Shown here: piece after piece, positions 59,340-64,000 of the stretch | Layout: the number at the start of each line of letters is the position of its first letter | Position numbering within the stretch: position 1 is the first letter of the stretch | Assembly (NCBI RefSeq): GCF_000143415.4 | Contig: NW_003314383.1 | Span: 124,001-188,000 of the forward strand | Source of the DNA: Selaginella moellendorffii | Taxonomy: Eukaryota; Plantae; Lycopodiophyta | DNA: 64,000 nt | Reading direction: 5' to 3' | The notes under the pieces: generated by a model | Databases searched by the model: none | What the model was told of the DNA's origin: nothing | Seen by the model: the letters and a program-made list of their open reading frames with translations, nothing else | Made by a program: the position numbers and the translations under genes

Positions 59340-59730
59340 ATGGCGATCGGCTCTGCCTTTCGGCTTTGTGAGGAGGAGATGCTCGTGGGCATCCTCCTGC
59401 GACTCGGTTTCCACAGCGTCGCTCGGACCGTCCTGGTACCGCGGACGAATGCGGGCTCACGGTATTTGGCCGTGGGGAATCCTCTCACAAACACTTGGAA
59501 GATGATCCAGTGCCCTGAAGAGGATAGAGGCGATGGATGTGGACCCCGACACAGGGATCTACCGGATTGCAGTGCTTAACAACAAGACAGTGAATCACCG
59601 ACACTAGCTTCATTCTCCAATACAATTCTGGCTCGGGAAATTGGGTTTCCATAGACAGCGGGATAATGCGATGCAATCCTGGCTACAACCAAAAAGCAAA
59701 AAGATGGCTTCTACGATCTTGACATGACAT
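59340..59730 (+). pseudogene. F-box remnant
   Basis: FRLCEEEMLVGILLRL; SRYLAVGNPLTNTWK; DPDTGIYRIAVLNNK; CNPGYN. Confidence 0.75.
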
Positions 59731-59949
59731 GAGTCATTACAACAACAAAAATCCATTAAATTACTGATGTGTTTCTACTCCCCACATTCCATGTAATAAA
59801 CATCAGAAATGATCATTGACATAAAAAAGTACAAATCACTCCTTACAATTAGTTTTATGAGGTTTTTCTCCTGAAACTAAGCCATGCAAAAAAAAGTGTG
59901 TATTCTTCCATAACTTCATTTTCATTAGTGACCCAAACTTTCTTAGCAA

Positions 59950-60280
59950 TAGCCCATGATTTGGAATCTAATTCTGTAATCCTCAACACAATCTCCTCTT
60001 CCACTCACTGGGTTCATGGCCTCCAACACAATGTCCTCTTCCATATAGGCATGGATGCCTGGGCAGCATTTGGGCCAGTGGAGTGCAAACTCTACAAGCT
60101 CCTGATCCATGTGGCCGCAACACTCCCACTTCTTCTCTGCCAAATGAAATGCCAATAGAGGAACAATCTCTTGGATGCAGCTCTGGTATAGCACGAGCTA
60201 CTTCCCCTCCTTGTCCTTCTCAAGCATGCTAAGAGAAACTTTGCGAACATCATTTTTGTTTCCTTCTTTGTGGACAATTA
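59950..60280 (-). pseudogene. F-box family C-terminal remnant
   Basis: PLLAFHLAEKKWECCGHMDQEL...LHWPKCCPGIHA resembles the C-terminus of the 36250 family. Confidence 0.5.
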
Positions 60281-61569
60281 GAATTCTCTAGCCTTGATAC
60301 AAGAATCCCCAGACAAGCCAGTTTAAAGGGCCATCATCTAGCATTGAAATGCTAGCAGAATCTTATAGTGATTTAAATTTCTATGAATGAATGATAAGAC
60401 TTTCCATGAATTTCTTGAGGTTCATATGAGAAGAACCTCCAAGAGATCAATCTTTCCTAACGAGGCAAAGTGTCGTAAATGTGATTGTGGGTATTGAAAG
60501 TTTGCATCCTTCTAACAAAGCCATTGTTATAAAGGAAATATAAAAGAGTAAGTATACTTTTTTTAAGAGGTGATGAATATTTTATTTCATTTTTGTGCTT
60601 TTTAATGAGGGAGTCCCTTATAAGAGATAAACAAAATGGTTGTTTTGTGGGAGGGTGATTCATATACAATCTTAGCAAATTTGTTCTTTTTGCTAAAATA
60701 CATTGAGTGCTTAGAAATCCAAATCATTGTGGTTGCAAAAGTACTATTTACAAATATTGGTCTGGTAGAAGTGGTTTTCAGCTTTTAAATTAATTATTAA
60801 AGAGTAACCATAAAGTAAAATTTAACTCAACAGAGCGGGATATATGGGCAATTGCAAAACATTTGAACTAACTTAAAAACCACCACTTTTAATCAAAGTA
60901 AAGAACATTAAGAGTTATTATAATCCACAAAACACCGCTAGATCAAATGAAAAATTCTATTTCTACATCTTTAATTTAGAAAATCTTGTTTCAACCATCT
61001 TCCTTTTGGCTATTGTTTAAAATTTGCTTTATGTTGGACTTACAATCCTCTTCCTTATTCAACATTAGATGTAAGAGATTTTCCATATTTTTTTTATCCC
61101 CTCCTCAAAATAAAAAAAGTTCTAAGACAATAGTTTTATTTAAACTAATTATAATTGTCCTCATCTTTGTCCTCACTTTATTATCATATCTACTTGATGT
61201 CACATCATCAATGTTCTATAATTTATAACTTGTTATACTTATCCTCACTCCATAATTTATATTTTTTGTCTTCACTTTAATACCACTATAACTCATATTC
61301 ACTCCATCATCATGGCTATACTCCTATTTTTCCATTTACACCCTCCTTTGAAGAAAAAAAGTTTAGAGTATTAGCGAAAAGAGGAAAAAATAAATAAAAT
61401 TAAGGGAGAAAGGAATGTGGGAAAAGAAAAAATGGATAAAGTACTAGAAGAGGAAATTCACTATTTTTAAGGAGGAAATATAAAAATAAAAGGAATTAAA
61501 TATGCATGAATCTTAATAAATAAAGGACCTCATGTTATAAAAGATCCTAAAAACTAGATAATAAAGAAG

Positions 61570-61770
61570 TATAAATAGCCAAAAGAAACAATTTAAAAGA
61601 TGGTCCATTAAAATTCAATTATAAAAGGAAAACCTTATAAACAAAAGTGTACCTTTTTTTCTATTCAGTTAAAAGTCTTAAACTACATGGAGTTATATAT
61701 CCTTTGGTTTTAGTAGTATTGGGATGGATGACCTTCTAAGAAACCCAAATTCAAAAAATTAGATTTGTTA
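61570..61770 (+). mobile_element. Old, AT-eroded copy of the 5S-bearing LTR family
   Basis: tataaatagccaaaagaaacaatttaaaagatggtccatt parallels 53495ff. The 5S-like segment agtagtattgggatggatgaccttctaagaaacc lies at ~61712-61745. Confidence 0.7.
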
Positions 61771-61947
61771 TTAAGGAAGTATTAAGTTTGACTCTATTAG
61801 TTGGGTAAAGAAATCACACCATATGTTGAGATTAACATCTAATAAATTATCTTACTCAAAATGTAGCAAAAAACTTTCTTTATATTTCTAGTATTCCATA
61901 TGTAAAATTAACATTTTAAATTAAATATATTTCACTAATTATAAGTG

Positions 61948-63140
61948 TGTAAAATATAAATCCATTATATCCAAAGTTGAGCAAAAAGTATGCCATACAG
62001 CAATGGTCAAAGTGGCCAATGAGCATAACAATTTAGATCAAAAACTTTAATTTGGAAAGTTGAGAGTGGGAGTGGAACTCCCAAAGAAGTGTTTGAGAAA
62101 CAAGTGCAAAATTATCAATAATGAGTCTTTAAAAAAAGATATAAAAAGGACTAATGTCATAACACATAGAAGCATTAAGACCGAGTTTGAGACTAAATTT
62201 AAGACTGAGTTTAAGGTTGAGTTTGAAACTGTGTTCGAGACCAAGTCCGAGATGGAGTTTGAGGCTGAGTCTGAGAATAGGCCAAGATGGAGTCCAATTT
62301 TGAGATTGAAACTAAGCATGAGACCAAAATTGAGACCATAACTGGTTCATATTCAATTTTGAGACTAAGATAAAAAAAAAAGGGCAAACTGACTTGGTCA
62401 AGGTGACTAAGTGGGAAGGACACCCAAGTGAAATGATATATAACAATATAATAATATTGTGAGTCCAAGAAAATAATCTCCAAGAAAGAAAGAACCTATA
62501 AAAGGGTTGTAAAATTGGGCCATAAATAGTGTAAACAATAGAAATGTTATAGAAACTTACTAAAGGTGAACACCCTTTGGATTTGAGTGTTTGTTATGAA
62601 GCAAAAAGGATATCTCAAGGAGGAAGTAACAATCTTGGGTTGTTTGGTGTAATAATTGAAAGATAAGAGTAAAAGATTAGTGAGAAAAAATGGGCCTTAA
62701 AAATTATTGAAGGGGATCTAAATGATAACTTTTGCTAATGGATTGTGGGAAAAGTAATAGGTTTCTAAGGTATGGGATTTCAAATGCTCCAATTTAACAA
62801 AAGGTAAAAGCTATAGAAAGCTAGCAACAATATAGTCAAATGATAAGGCCAAAAATAACCCTAATACAAATTATAGATAAGTGGAATTTAATGCTTAAAT
62901 TAGCATGAAATAAAATAGATGATGGTGATATCCTCAAGTAAAGAACTCTTTAGGATGGAAAAGTGGAATTTGCATTACATGTGCAATGGAAAGTGTTATA
63001 AATATCTAAAAAATCAATATGAGAAGTCAAAAGTTATAAGTTATATTGATATGGTTTGACACTCCAGAATGAGTAGTAAAATTAAGATAAAGAAGGTGTC
63101 TTTAAAGGGTTTAGTAGGATCTAAACCAACAAAGTGAGAG
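61948..63140 (+). mobile_element. Decayed LTR of the same family as 49750-51500 (opposite orientation)
   Basis: ggaaagttgagagtgggagtggaactccc matches the reverse complement of 51360-51390, with an eroded GAGTCC-type array at 62180-62340. The right boundary is approximate. Confidence 0.7.
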
Positions 63141-63164
63141 AACCATTATAAGTGATTTATTGAG

Positions 63165-63453
63165 ATGCTTTATTTCGTTAAAGTGGGACTTATTCAGTAA
63201 AGTGGGACATTAATTAGCATGTGTCCACATGCCATTTCCTAGTACTTAATTAATATTTATTAATATTTCTATCAGTTTTTTAATTTTTTTTTTTTATATT
63301 TCACAATATTATAACACAAAATCATATGAAAAGTTTTTAATTTATAAATTATAAAGTTAAAACTTCAATTTTTTATTGTTGTTATAAAAATGGCATGTGG
63401 CCACACACCATAAGTGGGATAATGAAAAGTCCCACTTTAACGAAATAAAGCAT
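63165..63453. mobile_element. 289-bp MITE with perfect 27-bp terminal inverted repeats
   Basis: ATGCTTTATTTCGTTAAAGTGGGACTT ... AAGTCCCACTTTAACGAAATAAAGCAT, flanked by direct TGAG. It has subterminal IRs (ccacatgccattt/aaatggcatgtgg) and an AT-rich core. Confidence 0.9.
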
Positions 63454-63641
63454 TGAGTCTTTAAGTTGGAGGGTCTATCCTTTTTAAAAGATGTGGAAGG
63501 CATGATGAACATTCAATGATAAACTATTGATGAATAGTAGTTTGGTGCAAAAGATAAAAATGGTAATTCATAATGAGGTTACTTTAAAAAATAACTTATC
63601 ATTTGATAAAGATATTGAACTTTGTTTATAGGTGGTAGAGT

Positions 63642-64000
63642 TGTAAGACACAATTCCTTAAATCCTAAAGTAGAGCTAAAAGCATGCTATATAGCAATGA
63701 CTGAAACAAAAATCCAACAAGCATAACATGTTTAGACAACTTGGAAAGTCAAGAACAAGAGTGGAACTCTCAAACAAGCACGAGGCAATTGATAGTCAGG
63801 TGATCGAAAGGGAGACAAGAAGGATTGACACATGGAAGTGTCGAGACCAAGTTTGAGACCAAGTCCAAAGCCAAGTCTAAATCTGAGGCCAAGTTCGAGA
63901 TGGAGGCTGAGACTAAATCTGAGATGGAGTTTGAGTTTGAGACCAAGACTAAAACTAGGTTCAAGACTGACACTTAGACCAACTCCAAATCTAAGTTCAA
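63642..64000 (+). mobile_element. Start of another decayed LTR of the 49750-51500 family (runs off the window)
   Basis: tgtaagacacaattcc parallels the reverse complement of 51500 (tgtgagacacaaaatcc). It is preceded by purine-rich aggtggtagag and has an eroded array from 63845. Confidence 0.75.

Overview
Plant nuclear DNA. The very short GT-AG introns (mostly 45-80 nt), tiny intergenic gaps, PLS-class PPR gene and BK-type K+ channel suggest a lycophyte, most likely Selaginella (inference). Region 1-29 kb is extremely gene-dense and mostly housekeeping: SWC4 exon 1, a type-I membrane protein, an F-box gene plus pseudogene, SOSS-B, an LRR-III RLK, a PPR, Clot thioredoxin, a Slo/BK-like channel, SnRK1 beta-gamma, RPF1, RH35/DDX41, a class III peroxidase and PIG-N. 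It also holds a 7-exon gene, missed by the ORF track, whose C-terminal half resembles a prokaryotic HhH-GPD-like protein family. Region 24-38 kb is a tandem segmental duplication with reciprocal decay (peroxidase, PIG-N, FCA, F-box). Region 38-64 kb is accessory. It has two inverted KP4 killer-toxin-like secreted proteins flanking a carotenoid cleavage dioxygenase, pseudogenes of a permuted papain-like family, and a full Ty3/gypsy element with two nested solo LTRs, one carrying a 5S rRNA internal control region (Cassandra-like). It also has a thylakoid signal peptidase, an RRM-LOTUS-RING gene, a cyanovirin-N homolog, decayed LTRs and a MITE. All family assignments come from motif recognition by eye; no searches were run.
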